The translations under genes were made by a program, and so were the position numbers. DNA of 63,247 nucleotides, counting the filler, from Psammoneis japonica (taxonomy: Eukaryota): NCBI GenBank assembly GCA_008632985.1. It is 4 parts of 4 records of this genome, joined end to end, with 100 filler letters (N's around TTAATTAATTAA, not from the genome) between each part and the next. Parts side by side here need not be neighbours in the genome. Positions count along the whole stretch, not along the records: positions 40,387 to 59,518 come from QPGO01000258.1; positions 59,619 to 63,247 come from QPGO01000372.1; 2 more parts are not named here. The stretch is one strand, 5' to 3'. Each line of letters begins with the position of its first letter. Within the stretch, counting starts at the first letter, position 1. The notes below the pieces were generated by a model that made no database searches, had not been told where the DNA came from, and saw only the letters and a list, made by a program, of their open reading frames with translations. Positions 50,001-61,117 of the stretch are shown in pieces.

Positions 50001-53000
50001 TGTGGGGCACCCCATCTTGTGTGAAGAGCAAGGATGGTGGTGCTTTGTGCGCTGGTCCTTTAGATCTGAGGGGACAAGCCCATGCCCAACCATTGGACAT
50101 GCCAAAGACTTGTGCACAGGTGTTGCCCCTTCTCAACTCAGTCAAGGAGACCAAGGCATTGGAGTGCATCTCCTTTGCAATGTGCCTGTGTTGCAACTGT
50201 TGGTTGTTGGTCCAAAACCTCCAAGACAGCATTGAATGGAGGACCATTCATGCACCATGCTGCACCGTGACTTTGACAGTGTTCTCAGCATCCTTGACAC
50301 TGACAGATCAGTTCTTGACCAAATGTTCTGTGTCAACATGCAGTCCCCACTTTGTCATCTTGAGCGAAGAGAGACCAATCAAGGCAAGCAGCATGTGGTC
50401 ATCACATGCATGCAAGATGTCTCAAAGCAGCTGATTTCCCAGACAGTCTGAGGTCTCTTGCATCACAGTGCATGAGAGCTTCACGCTCATGATGTGGATC
50501 TGAGGATGTGCATTGTCCACAGTCTCAGGCACATGACCAAGAGAGTCTGTCATGGAATCCTCTCTGGTTTGAAAGTCGGCAGTTTTTGTGGGTCCCATTC
50601 CGGGGACTCGCAAGCAAGTTCTGCTGCTGTGCCATTTTGCATGGTGGCTTCATGCTCAGAAGCAGTGGGTTTGGAGGTGGGAAAGCAACTCGTGACATCA
50701 TTTAACTCCAACAGAATCAGGAGCTCATCCTCACATGCATCTGTCAATGTCACTGCATGTGACTCACTGTCAGGCTTTGTCAGCAGGAATTTTGGTTGTA
50801 AATTGACTCCCACTTCATTCAGCCACAGCTTCAGGGGACACAAAAGGTTGTGTTTGAGGTGCAGGACATGTGCTGCCTGGTGGACTGCCAGGACATGTTG
50901 GTGGCCCGAGGTGAGGTCTGCACATGCGACGGCTCTGCTGACAGTGCACAGACTCTTGCTGGCACCCTTTTTTGGGGTCGCAACCTGTGACATCTGCTGG
51001 ACAATCATGGTCAAGCACAATTAAAGCATGCTTGCCCAGTGCACTTGCATCTGCATGACTGTCCAACTTGGTGCAAGCTTCAGTGTGCATGGCTTCTCAC
51101 ATGGTTGTTTGGGTTGCACGCAGGGTTCGAAGCGGACTGAGACAAAGGGCCAGAGAGGATCATTCCTTCTCCTTCCTGCCGGGTTTGAGGTCGCCATTCT
51201 TGTCATGCCAGTTGTTGGCCATTGTGTCCTTCAGTGATTGGAAGTTAGAGCGGTTGTGCTTCTGCTTGACAGCAGCCCACTTTGTGGTTTCTTTGGACTC
51301 ACCAGCAGCATCGTCCTGCTGGTCCTCAACATGAGCAGCAATGGCTGCAACAGCACTGGTGAGGGCCTTGATCTGCTTTGCGTTTTTTGGTGGCAGACAT
51401 TGCACCTTGGCCACCACAAGCATTGTGCAGGGACTCTGGTTTCTTCCGTGCTTTTGGGGACATTTGCTTGCACTCCTTGTCAGGGCAGCACTTGTCCTTG
51501 ACATCTTTCTCATGAATGATGTCATCTCATTGGCGCTTTGCCTCCTTCAAGGTGGCAACACAAAGCTTCTTAGTTTTGCCGTCCAGCTTGGACTGCTTGA
51601 TGAAGTCTTCACATGAGACAACACACCCATCAAAGTCACTGCGCAGCATCATGCTGGCCACAACCTGTGCTTTGACAGAGTCAAGGAACACACCCTTGAT
51701 GCTCTCCAGAAGGTGGTGCACCTTGGAGCGTTCATCAATCCTGGCATGGCCACACTCCTTGAGGCCCTCAATGCCATGTTTTGTCTGTGTCATTTGGGCC
51801 CAAGAAGTGGTTGCACAAGTTCAGGCAGGCTGTCCTGCCATCCTGATTGTGTCGAGCCTTTTTCACATGTGACCAGCAAGAACACGTGATTGCAGCAACA
51901 ATCTCCCAAACCTTGATGTCATCAGCGACAAATGTTTTGGTGGGTTGCAGGCCAGCCCCAGCAGCGAAGTGGGGGGCATGGGCAATCATCTTGGCACAGG
52001 CATTGGTGCAGCTGTTGGCGTTGTCATCTGCCTCCGGTGCAACTGCCTGGTTCTCTTGGACCACGCAGGCTGGCTGGGGGCATTTTGGTCTTCCCGGAAC
52101 TGGCACGAAGATGCTCGTGGATGGCTTCCATGGCTTCCATCATCTTCAGCCAGTCCTTCTTGATGACAGCAGGTGGGGTGTCAGGGTTCTCATGGGCTGA
52201 TTCTGCTGTGCAAAAGTGGCGGCACCCCCTGACATGGTCGAGGGTGATGTCGGCAGCATGCAATGTGCATGAGATGCGCTCACAGTGGTGACGAGCAGCA
52301 AAAGCCGCAAGCTTGAGGTTCATCTCAGCCTGCAGTGATGCAGCAGTCCCCAGGTTGGGTTGTAGATTCACTCCACTGCCTGCTGCACCTCCTGGGCAAT
52401 GCACAACCTTGCACAAGGTCTCGACCTCGTGATCGTCAAGACGACGCAGTTCCTCGACAGTGTCGACTCCCTGGTCAGCAGTGAGAGCCGCTGATGCTTT
52501 GTTCGTGAAGCCAAGTCTGCGGCATGCTGCACGCATGGCTGCGACATGGGCTGCTATGGTTGATGGCTTGGTGGTTCGTTAACGACAGGGAACTCTTTCA
52601 AACGAGTTGTGTGGTTCTCATGCAAAAAGTGAGCGAGTTGCGCGAAGTTCAGATCGCTTTTTCATCGTCATGTATGTGAAATCCGTTATTTTATCTGACC
52701 AACGCGTTTAAAATTAGACTTCAGTGACTATACAAACTATTTACGTTCATACGATCTTCCTGATCGATACTGATGGTGAGTGCAAAGTATAATATCGAGA
52801 ATTATATAGCGAAATGACTATTTAATATATAGACATGACAAAAAAGTTTAGGCGACCAACGGATGTTATACCGTTTTAAAATCTATTTATGATATTATCT
52901 CCCATCGATTTCGAATCGCTCACGCGTTTGCCTCCGAGATTGATGGGGCCCTTGATAACTTCGGAATGGAAATGGCGTCCCAAATCCATGGATTTGCGCT

Positions 53001-53231
53001 CTGTGTTCGCGTATGTACGCCATAAAACACATCAGAATAGACGATGCTATAGTTATCAATAAGTATTTAAACTTGTACTGATTCTGGGAGCATTAAAACT
53101 CGTTCAACCACGAACGTCTCTTGCATTCTTAGATGTTTTCTAGTCATCCCTGACTTTCGTGGAACGTTCTGTGGTATTACGAATCATTCGCAAGCAAAGA
53201 AGATACTCAGAATCGTCGTTTCGTACGTCGA

Positions 53232-53242
53232 TGGCTCTGATA
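53232..53242 (-). promoter_or_regulatory. Primer-binding site, initiator tRNA-Met type (TATCAGAGCCA)
   Basis: Three nt inside the 5' LTR; matches the canonical Copia PBS TGGTATCAGAGC except CTT replaces TGG. Confidence 0.8.
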
Positions 53243-53245
53243 AAG

Positions 53246-53422
53246 TGAACAAATTACCCTGCAGTCGCATGAACTAGGGACAAGACTAAAAGAAAGACTT
53301 GCAACATCGTGCCACTTTTCTAGAAGTGAGATCTAAACCTGAGGAACCGCTCTGCGCGCGCCCAATCGCCAATGACAAAGCACACTAAACTAATTCGAGT
53401 TGATCACATGGTGAATGCTTCA
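53246..53422 (-). repeat. 5' LTR (177 bp, TG...CA)
   Basis: Aligns with 46856-47028, with a 4-nt indel and about a dozen substitutions. Confidence 0.92.
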
Positions 53423-56400
53423 GAGAGACAAGCTCAAGTTCGCTGGTTGGTGGTTGCATTTGTTTTTCACAATTTTGTTTTGCGTGGTGGCACATTGCTT
53501 TTGAAAGTGTTGCAAAACAGCAGAGTGACAAGAAGGCAGGGGTTGGTGCTGCAGCAGACGCAGATGGCATGACCACACAGACAATGCTTTGATTAATGTG
53601 ATGGAGACAGCTGCTGATGTGGAACCCCCAGACAAAGCAAGAATGGCTGAGTTGGTGGAATCTGCTCCACCAGATGCAGTGACAAACATGTGACACAGGG
53701 CACAGCAACAGTTGATGATGCTTTCACTGGTGTGACAGCTGCTGATGCAGAGACCCAAGAAACAAAGAAAGAACAGCAAAGTCAGCAACAATTGCTCCAA
53801 CTGATGCAACAATGGAGGAAGTGACACCTTGTGCAGTGGCAGTCATGGAAACACCAGTGTTGTTGCATGAGGCAACCAGCGACACAAGCAAGCACCACTT
53901 CACCAGAGGAAATCATGATGAGGGAAATGATGACTGTGGTGGAGGAGGAGGCAGTGCCAAAAAGTGTGATCATGACAACATGCTGTTTGGACAGCAACTG
54001 CATGACTTGTCAGCCTGTGCCAAGCAAAGTCAAATTTTGCTTGGGCCAAGTTGTGTGAATTGCAGCAAGTGTGCTTTGACAAGGAAAAGGGCAAAAACAA
54101 GCACAAACATCACCAACCGACAGCGTCAAATCCAGCCAATGCACTTGCATGTTCTGCAGGGAGCAGTGACATGCTTTGTGTGACCTGCACAAGGCAAAAT
54201 GTGAGACAGCCATGCAGCCAGCCAAGCACAACAGGAGGAAGAAACAGAGGGGGGTGGGAGCAGCAACATCTTTGCAGCATCCAACAGAAAACAGCAGTGA
54301 CAACATCATGCAATTTGCATGGTGACAGAGTGATGATGACAGGAATCAGGAACCATGCACAATGCACCATCATTGCCCCACCAGTGCTGGCACACATTGA
54401 CAGCACCAGAGAGAAGGAGAGGACAGCTGGCCGCGCACCACCACAGGTGCAGCATTGCACCCAGAGGGGGGAGTCGGGCTGACCACAACAGGGCAGACAC
54501 GAACATCAAATTGCAGGTGCATTCCAGCAATGGCAGGCATTGCAGGCCAACCAGCAATGGTGTGTTGGGTGAAATGATGTCCTTTTCCCAGTGCCATCAT
54601 TGGGGTTGTTGCTGGCAGCACACCAGGGAAAGCCAGGGACAACACAAAACAGATGAGTGTGCATTGCCAGCAGCATGTCAGCAACAAGTTTGGGGGGGAA
54701 CTGGAGCCAGCAACAAGAGGGCAGTTGCTCCAGCAGCAAGCAGTGCAAGCAATGTGTGAGGACATTCAGGTGGAACCACTTCTTTGTGCCAGCAACAACT
54801 GGCATGCTGGGGCATTGGCAGCATGGATGCAGGCATGCTCAAACACATTGCCAGTTGCAAGGAATGTGGCTGCCCAAAATTTGCACCAGCAAATTTGCAC
54901 GACTGCTGGTGTTCTCACAAGCTTTGCACCGGTTGCCTCCAGCCACTCCTTGTGCAGTGTGCTGGCATCCCACAGAACCTGGGTTGTTTGTCAATTGACC
55001 AGACTGGACTTGCACAAGTGCCTTCAAACACTCAATGAAAATGACAGCACTGTGTTGAGGTGGTTTGGACAATGTGCACAAATGGGTGCTCGCATGTGCC
55101 TCAAGCCCGCCCCCCCACTGTGCTGGCAACACACATCTTGGCTTCATTGCTTCACTCACATCTGTTTCATTTCAGGATTGTGGGCATGACATCAGTGCTC
55201 ATTGTGTCCCATGTCTCAATGGTTGAGCCTCTGCCAGATTTTCCACAAAGTCACCACACCAAAAGGTGTGGGCATGCACAGCTGTCTTGTGTGGAGTGAA
55301 ACATTTTCTGAGTGTGCACGACAAATGCGATTGCTGCATGGCACCACCGGGTGCACACTCTCATGTTTCAACTGGCCCAGAAAATGAGATGCAGACAAGT
55401 GCCACATGTTTGTGACTGTTTGCTCCCAATGCCATGGCTCTGACAAGAGCACAGAGATGCAAAAAGGCACTCACAATGGGAGATGCAATGGTGGTGGGTG
55501 TCACAAGTTGCCACACAACTGGCACATGCATTGCAATCATGGCCATTGCAGCTGCAATGGCATGCTGGCATTTAGGATTTGACACAAATTCTGGAAGCTG
55601 ACTTGACTTTTTCATTCTCAATTGTGCGCATCAATCTCAAATTTGTTTTTGGAAGTGCTGCAGTGGTGAAAATGTGTTGTCTGACACTTGGCTCCTTTTT
55701 TAAAAGTGTTGTGCAATGCCCAACAAGTTTGCATTGTGCAATGGACTCCTCTTTCCTCTTTGGTGTCCTCAGGCTCAGTTTTTCACACACAAGACACCTC
55801 CACTCAGATTCATCACACATGCAACCCTCCGCCACGATCAGCACAACACCTCCTGGTCTCATTCTGGCTTCACAGACTTGTTCACAGCACATGTCATGAG
55901 TGAAGAAGACAAGCTGCTGAGCACTTGATGCAAGGCATTTGTGCATTCAGTGTTTGCATCTGTGTTGCTGGCATTGCCAGAGGTCAATCATGACCTGATG
56001 CAAGCACAATCAACCTTGTCAAGTGCTTTGAATGACTCCTCTTTGTCCAAATCTTCAGTGCCCAACAACAGATTGAAAAAACCAAACTGGCTCATTGCTT
56101 TCTTTTGCACTGTGGAGCCAGATGCCAAGAGCAACATGTCAAGAAACAAAAAGAAGAAAAGTCACCTGTGTCACTCACTCCCAATGTCTTGGATTGCTGT
56201 CCCAAGCGTCAATGTGATGTGGAGCTCCCAAAGCACATTCATTCTTTTTGCTTTCCAAATGGATGCAACGAGTCTCCAGACAAAATGTTGCCAACATTGT
56301 GGACCATGGTGTTGACATTGAGCAAAGGACATGTCACTTGCATGCTGCCATTCTTGCAACATGCTGGGAATGCAAGCCATGCATCACAGTCACATGACAA

Positions 56401-57640
56401 GAAGTCTCTGATGAAAAAGCCAAGACAAGGCACACTGGTTTTCAAAAGGAAAGTGACACTTTGTTCAACTCGGCAAGAAAATGCACTGAGAAACCATCCC
56501 TGCTGCATTGTGGAGCAGAGACAGGTTGAATGCATCACTGTGCAAGCTGGATGTTGCAGCTGAGGAGTTTGCAGTGGAAGCCCCTGTCACCACACAAATG
56601 GCTTTCTCTCAGCACATTGAAACAAGATGAATCACTGCACAGTGGTCTAAGAGCTTGTGGCCCTGTCAATGCCAAGTCATCTCACTTTGCTTGGCACTTC
56701 ATTGTGCTGGCCAACAAGCCCACAATGTCTGCAATGTGCAACATGGGGAAGGTGCACTTGAATGTTTCATGCATCAGTGGTCAGTGGAGTGGGCTCCGTG
56801 GAAGCAACACTGAATTCTGTTGTGGAGAACAGCTCTAAAAAAGACAATGTTCATTGTGAACAAACCCAACATCAGTTTTGGCCTCTGATGTTTCCACCTG
56901 GATGGAGCCAAACACCCTGCAAGCAACCAAATGCAAACATGCAAACATCTTGTGAAGTCAAAAATGATGGGTGTGGCTCATCAGATTTTTTGCAGGATTC
57001 TCATGTGCAGTTTCTGCACATTGATGAATGGCACCTGCTGCAACAACAAGTGGCCATCTTGCTCACCACACAATTTCAAGTTTTGTTGCAACAAACACTG
57101 TTGTTGCCAAGAACCTGTCCTCATTGATGCTGTCCCCCCCCCCCCACACACACATTTTGACTCTGCTCTTCTTTGGTGTCTCAAGTGTGCAGCACTGTTT
57201 TGGATGTAGAGCCAGGCAGTTCAATCTCAGTGGTTGATGAAAGGAGCAAGCTCTTGCCACTGCTTGTGTCTCCCATGACAGATTCACATGTTGGCCCACA
57301 ATTTCATTTTTCAAAAGCTTCTCCACAAGCCTTGATGGCTTTTGTTGCCCTCTGAGGTCACCACCGCTGCATGTCAAATTTCCTTCTTGCCAGAAATTTT
57401 GGGTGTTTCTAAGGAAAATTGAGCAGAATCTGAAAGACATGTCAATTTGGCCAATGAGATGCATGGGGACAAAAAAATGAGCATTGGAGACAAGGTTGCT
57501 TTTCATTTTTTATCTTGGTGCTTTTGGCGGCACTGGCGACATGAACTTTGGCTCCATGTGCTGGATCTTTCAGGTGAGGGCTGCATTTGGGATGCTTCTT
57601 CAATTCACTGTCTTCATTTGTTTTGCCATGACATCAATGG
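53423..57640. repeat. Unclassified CpG/TpA-eroded sequence; probable continuation of 46119-46855, interrupted by the Copia insertion
   Basis: Same dinucleotide erosion as the other repeats; GAGA on both sides of the Copia; no assignable domain. Confidence 0.5.
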
Positions 57641-59518
57641 TGCAATGAGTGTGATTCCAACCATGACAAAAAAGCACAGACCTGTTTTTTAAAGTGTTGT
57701 CAGTGCCTTTGCCCTGCAACCAGCAAACCCACACTTCCAGTGTGGACTGCCTGATGATGTCACAGCACAGGCACAAGCGGATCATCCAAAGTTTGCATGG
57801 GCCACTGGTGGCACCCTTCAAAAGCAACATGCTGTGCCAAGCCATTTTCATTTGTTGAAAAATGCTGATTTTGAGTTGTCAAACATGACTCTTGGCACAA
57901 TCCATTTTTGTTCAATTTTGGTTTCAATCACAACTGTCAAATGTCACATTGGAACATTGTTGCAGCATCAAAGCTTTTGTCTTGGGCTCCCTGCAGAACA
58001 GTCTTGACACAAATGAATGGAATGACCAGTGCTTTCAGGGCCAACAAGACTTGTCTCTAGACCAACAAATCTGTGTTTCTGTGCCACAATGGTTTGTCTC
58101 ATTTTGTGAGACATGTCTTCTAGACTTGTTGTTTGACCTTGTTTCATCAATGCCTCTCATCCCACCCAATTCTTTGCATCAACATGTGCAAATCAAGCTG
58201 CTGGCCCCAAAACTTCTTCACAGCCCAAGTCCACATTTCTTGCTGTCAACACACACAGTCCAGTTGGCTCAATGGCTGGGTTTTCCACTTTGGCTTGGGC
58301 CATTGCTCTTGCTTTGTCAACTGAAACTCTTTTTGACAGATGCTTCACAGTGTCCCTGCCCACATTTTTTAGCAGCTTTTTGCCCAGTGTTGCCTCCTTC
58401 ACACTGTTGATGGCAGTGGAGGAGTTGAGCAGCAGCAAGCACACCATTCCCAGCATTGACACATTTTGATGGTGAGTGAGCTAAAACTTGTTGGGAAGGT
58501 GTCTTGGTGTCAGTTGGTTGGGTTGTTGAGCTTGCTGTTGGGAAATTCCACAAGTGCAGCTGCATCATCATTCTCAAAACTCACCCCTTTGGTCTCCTCC
58601 TCCATGTTGTCAGAACATTCAACAATGCCCTGAGTGCATGACTCAAAGTCTGTTGACTGATCAGTTGGTGAGTCATCCACAATGTGGCCCTCATCTTCAA
58701 AGTCACCTTTGAAATCCACTGTTGCCTCATTGCATGCCATCCTGTCACCTGGTGTGTCATCAGCATTCTGCCTCTCATGAGCGCTGCACCATCCACAACA
58801 GACTGTTCTTGTGGTGCCATGTGCTGTGTGGTGTCAGCCATGACACACAAATTGGCCACCATCTGCTGCTTCATTTCTTTGTGACCAGTTGTCAGATGAT
58901 CTGCTTCGCTCTCAAGCACCAACATGGGCAGGCATGGATTGTTGAGGCCAAGAGACTTCTGCCAAACCAACACTGAACTGTGCCTTTTTTGTTTGTTGCC
59001 ACACTGATTTTTCTGCCAACGTTTGCATCACCTCACATTGTTGGAATCCATCTGTCATTTTGCTTGATGCTTGGGTCAATCCACTCAAGTGCTTTTTGCC
59101 TTTTTTCTGTGCTCATGCTGGATTTCTGCTCTGGACAATGGCACAACAATGACACATCATGTGACCCCCACAGACAATCACAAAGAGCAGCAGTTGTGCA
59201 CAAGGGAGAAAACTTGCACTGCTGCATTGTGGATGCTGCCAACATGGTCAGCATGGTGGAACTGCACTTTTTTGTCATTTCAGTGGCCTTCAATGATTGT
59301 CAAACCAGCAAGTGAATGTTGCTAAAAGATCATCCCACTGGGCTGCCTGTGCTCCTCATTGATGCACTTGCCTTGGCAGTTTGTGATGGCTGTGGGTGGG
59401 TTGCCAAAGGTGTGATTGCAAACTGCAAACTTGCACAACAACAAGCACCCTGCTGATGCCAAATGACAAATCACACAAACCACCAAATGTTTCACTCCAA
59501 AGAGTGAGACAAAAAAAA
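57640..59518. repeat. Repeat family A, copy 3 (inverted, partial, with ~0.5-kb extra segment)
   Basis: Reverse complement of ~1-1395; segment ~58690-59230 is absent from copies 1 and 2; ends at the same A8/T8 run as window position 1. Confidence 0.88.
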
Positions 59519-59618
59519 NNNNNNNNNNNNNNNNNNNNNNNNNNNNNNNNNNNNNNNNNNNNTTAATTAATTAANNNNNNNNNNNNNNNNNNNNNNNNNN
59601 NNNNNNNNNNNNNNNNNN
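59519..59618. other. Artificial contig linker 44N-TTAATTAATTAA-44N
   Basis: Same 100-nt structure as the other two linkers. Confidence 0.97.
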
Positions 59619-61117
59619 GGGTCAGCGGGTCGGCGGGTCGGTGGGTCAGCGGGTTGGCGGGTCAGTGGGTCAGTGGGTCAGTGGGTCGGTGGGTCAACAG
59701 GTTGGTGGGGCGCCCCACCCATTTTCTTCATTGCTGGATGCCACGGCGATGCATTGCTGTGGCTGTCACTTGATTGGAGCTGACTGTGCTTGGGGTTTGT
59801 GACAAAATCTGTTGAATGGACAGCCCGGTTTGAAATCCTTTTGAAAAGTTCCTTGGACAAATGAGCACAGGAAGAACCAGCGGATCTTGCCGCGAAAATT
59901 CTCGCGCAATTCTGCAATGCGTGAGAACCCAATGGTGCGCTGCATGGCTTGCATTTGTGACAAAGAACAAGCTCAACAATCTGTCAACACACCAGTTTTC
60001 TGAGCGCAACATGCCAAGCTTCTGCTCACTTTACATTTTGTGCTGTCAATTGCAACGTTGTTCACCAGATTGACTGGCGGTCATCATTGTTTGACAAAAG
60101 CCGTCACAAACGGGGTGCGAATGCTCCATGGCATGTTGCCTGTTTTTTTTTGCATTGTTCAATTGATGACTTGCGCATCTGGTGTGTGGCTCCGCACTTG
60201 CTGGCGTGCAGAACACGCACAAATGCATGAGAGGGGAAGCGCGGGGAATTGCCAATGCATTGTTTTTTGTTCGTGTGTTGAGCACACATGTGACGAAGGG
60301 CAGTTTGTGGCAACTCCCTGGGAGCTCACCCTTTCCTCAGAAAAACAGGGTGAAAGGTGGCAATCCCAAGGAATTTTGTTCAAAAACACTGCAAAACCAA
60401 ACTGAGATGCGCTCCATGTTCTTGAAGACTTTTGTCCTGCACTTGACCTTCATTGAGGTGGATTTGGCTTGAAGTGTGCAGGAGATCATTGAGGCTGCAT
60501 GTCTTGGCCAAACAGCGCATTCAGGAATTTCCCAAGTGTCCCCACCATGGACAGAAGCTCTTTTTCCATTGTGACGTGAACACCAAATTTCAGGCATGAT
60601 GGTGGCGCAGTTTTTGACATGATGCACTTCATGGTTTTGGAGACTTTTGTTCCGCACTTGACCTTCATTGAGGTGGATTTGGCTTGAAGTGTGCAGGAGA
60701 TGATTGAGGCTGCATGTCTTGACATCAGCGGCGTGTGTTGAGACAAGATCGGCGGGTCGGCAAGTCGGAAGGTCGGCAGGTCGGCGGGGCGCCCCATCCA
60801 ATTTCTTCATTGCTGGATGCCGTGGCAGTGCGCTGCTGTGGCTGACGGGCTCCAGTCCTGGGCGGGACTTTTTGTGACATTGGGCCAGCAGAATTCTGCG
60901 TGCGAGCTCCGTGTTGCGAGAGTCCAGCCAATGGACATTGTTGTCTTCAACACCAAACAAACAACCAAGTTTGTGGCACAATTGCGGCCATTGCCGCTTG
61001 ACATTTTTGGCAATCCGCCCACCCTGCGCCATTCATGAGACATCCGCAAATGGCGCAGAAGCAAAAAATGTCAAAAGTTGTTGGGTGGATCGCTCAACAA
61101 GTGTGCCACAAAATGAC
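59619..61117 (+). repeat. Complex repeat: GGGTCRGY-type minisatellites (59619-59706, 60750-60790) in a ~1.08-kb higher-order unit, plus an ~80-bp direct repeat
   Basis: Both minisatellite arrays are followed by gggcgcccca.cca.tttcttcattgctggatgcc; 60427-60507 is repeated at 60641-60721. Confidence 0.8.

Larger units (their letters stand above)
46856..53422 (-). mobile_element. Degenerate Ty1/Copia LTR retrotransposon with both LTRs (diatom CoDi-type)
   Basis: Order on the minus strand: gag (~52550-51100), protease LDSHAD, integrase (GNTCAQVF, DGVP..MIVD, TEPCAPWSNFTEGTVRELK), GRANDNPILGTR, TKGWHLCVSWTDG..TWERLADLKESN, RT (GNRLWQD; LLHMDD for YVDD; internally shortened) and RNase H (WFSKRQ..VE; GDNMSVV.N...PESTLKKKSNSI). 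Two LTRs, PBS, PPT and a flanking GAGA direct repeat. Confidence 0.95.

Noticed and set aside
46856..53422. Alternative genetic code or RNA editing as the reason for missing Tyr
   Set aside because: TA loss occurs in all frames and in non-coding LTRs, the ORFs are broken, and neighbouring genes use Tyr and TAA/TAG normally.
1..59518. Window start and 59518 as terminal inverted repeats of one giant element
   Set aside because: The match stops at an A8/T8 run at the window edge and at a linker, and copy 2 continues past this point (45210-45585), so it is not an element end; artificial joins lie between.
59619..59706. CRISPR array or telomeric repeat
   Set aside because: No spacers or cas genes; the degenerate unit is not TTAGGG-like and recurs internally.
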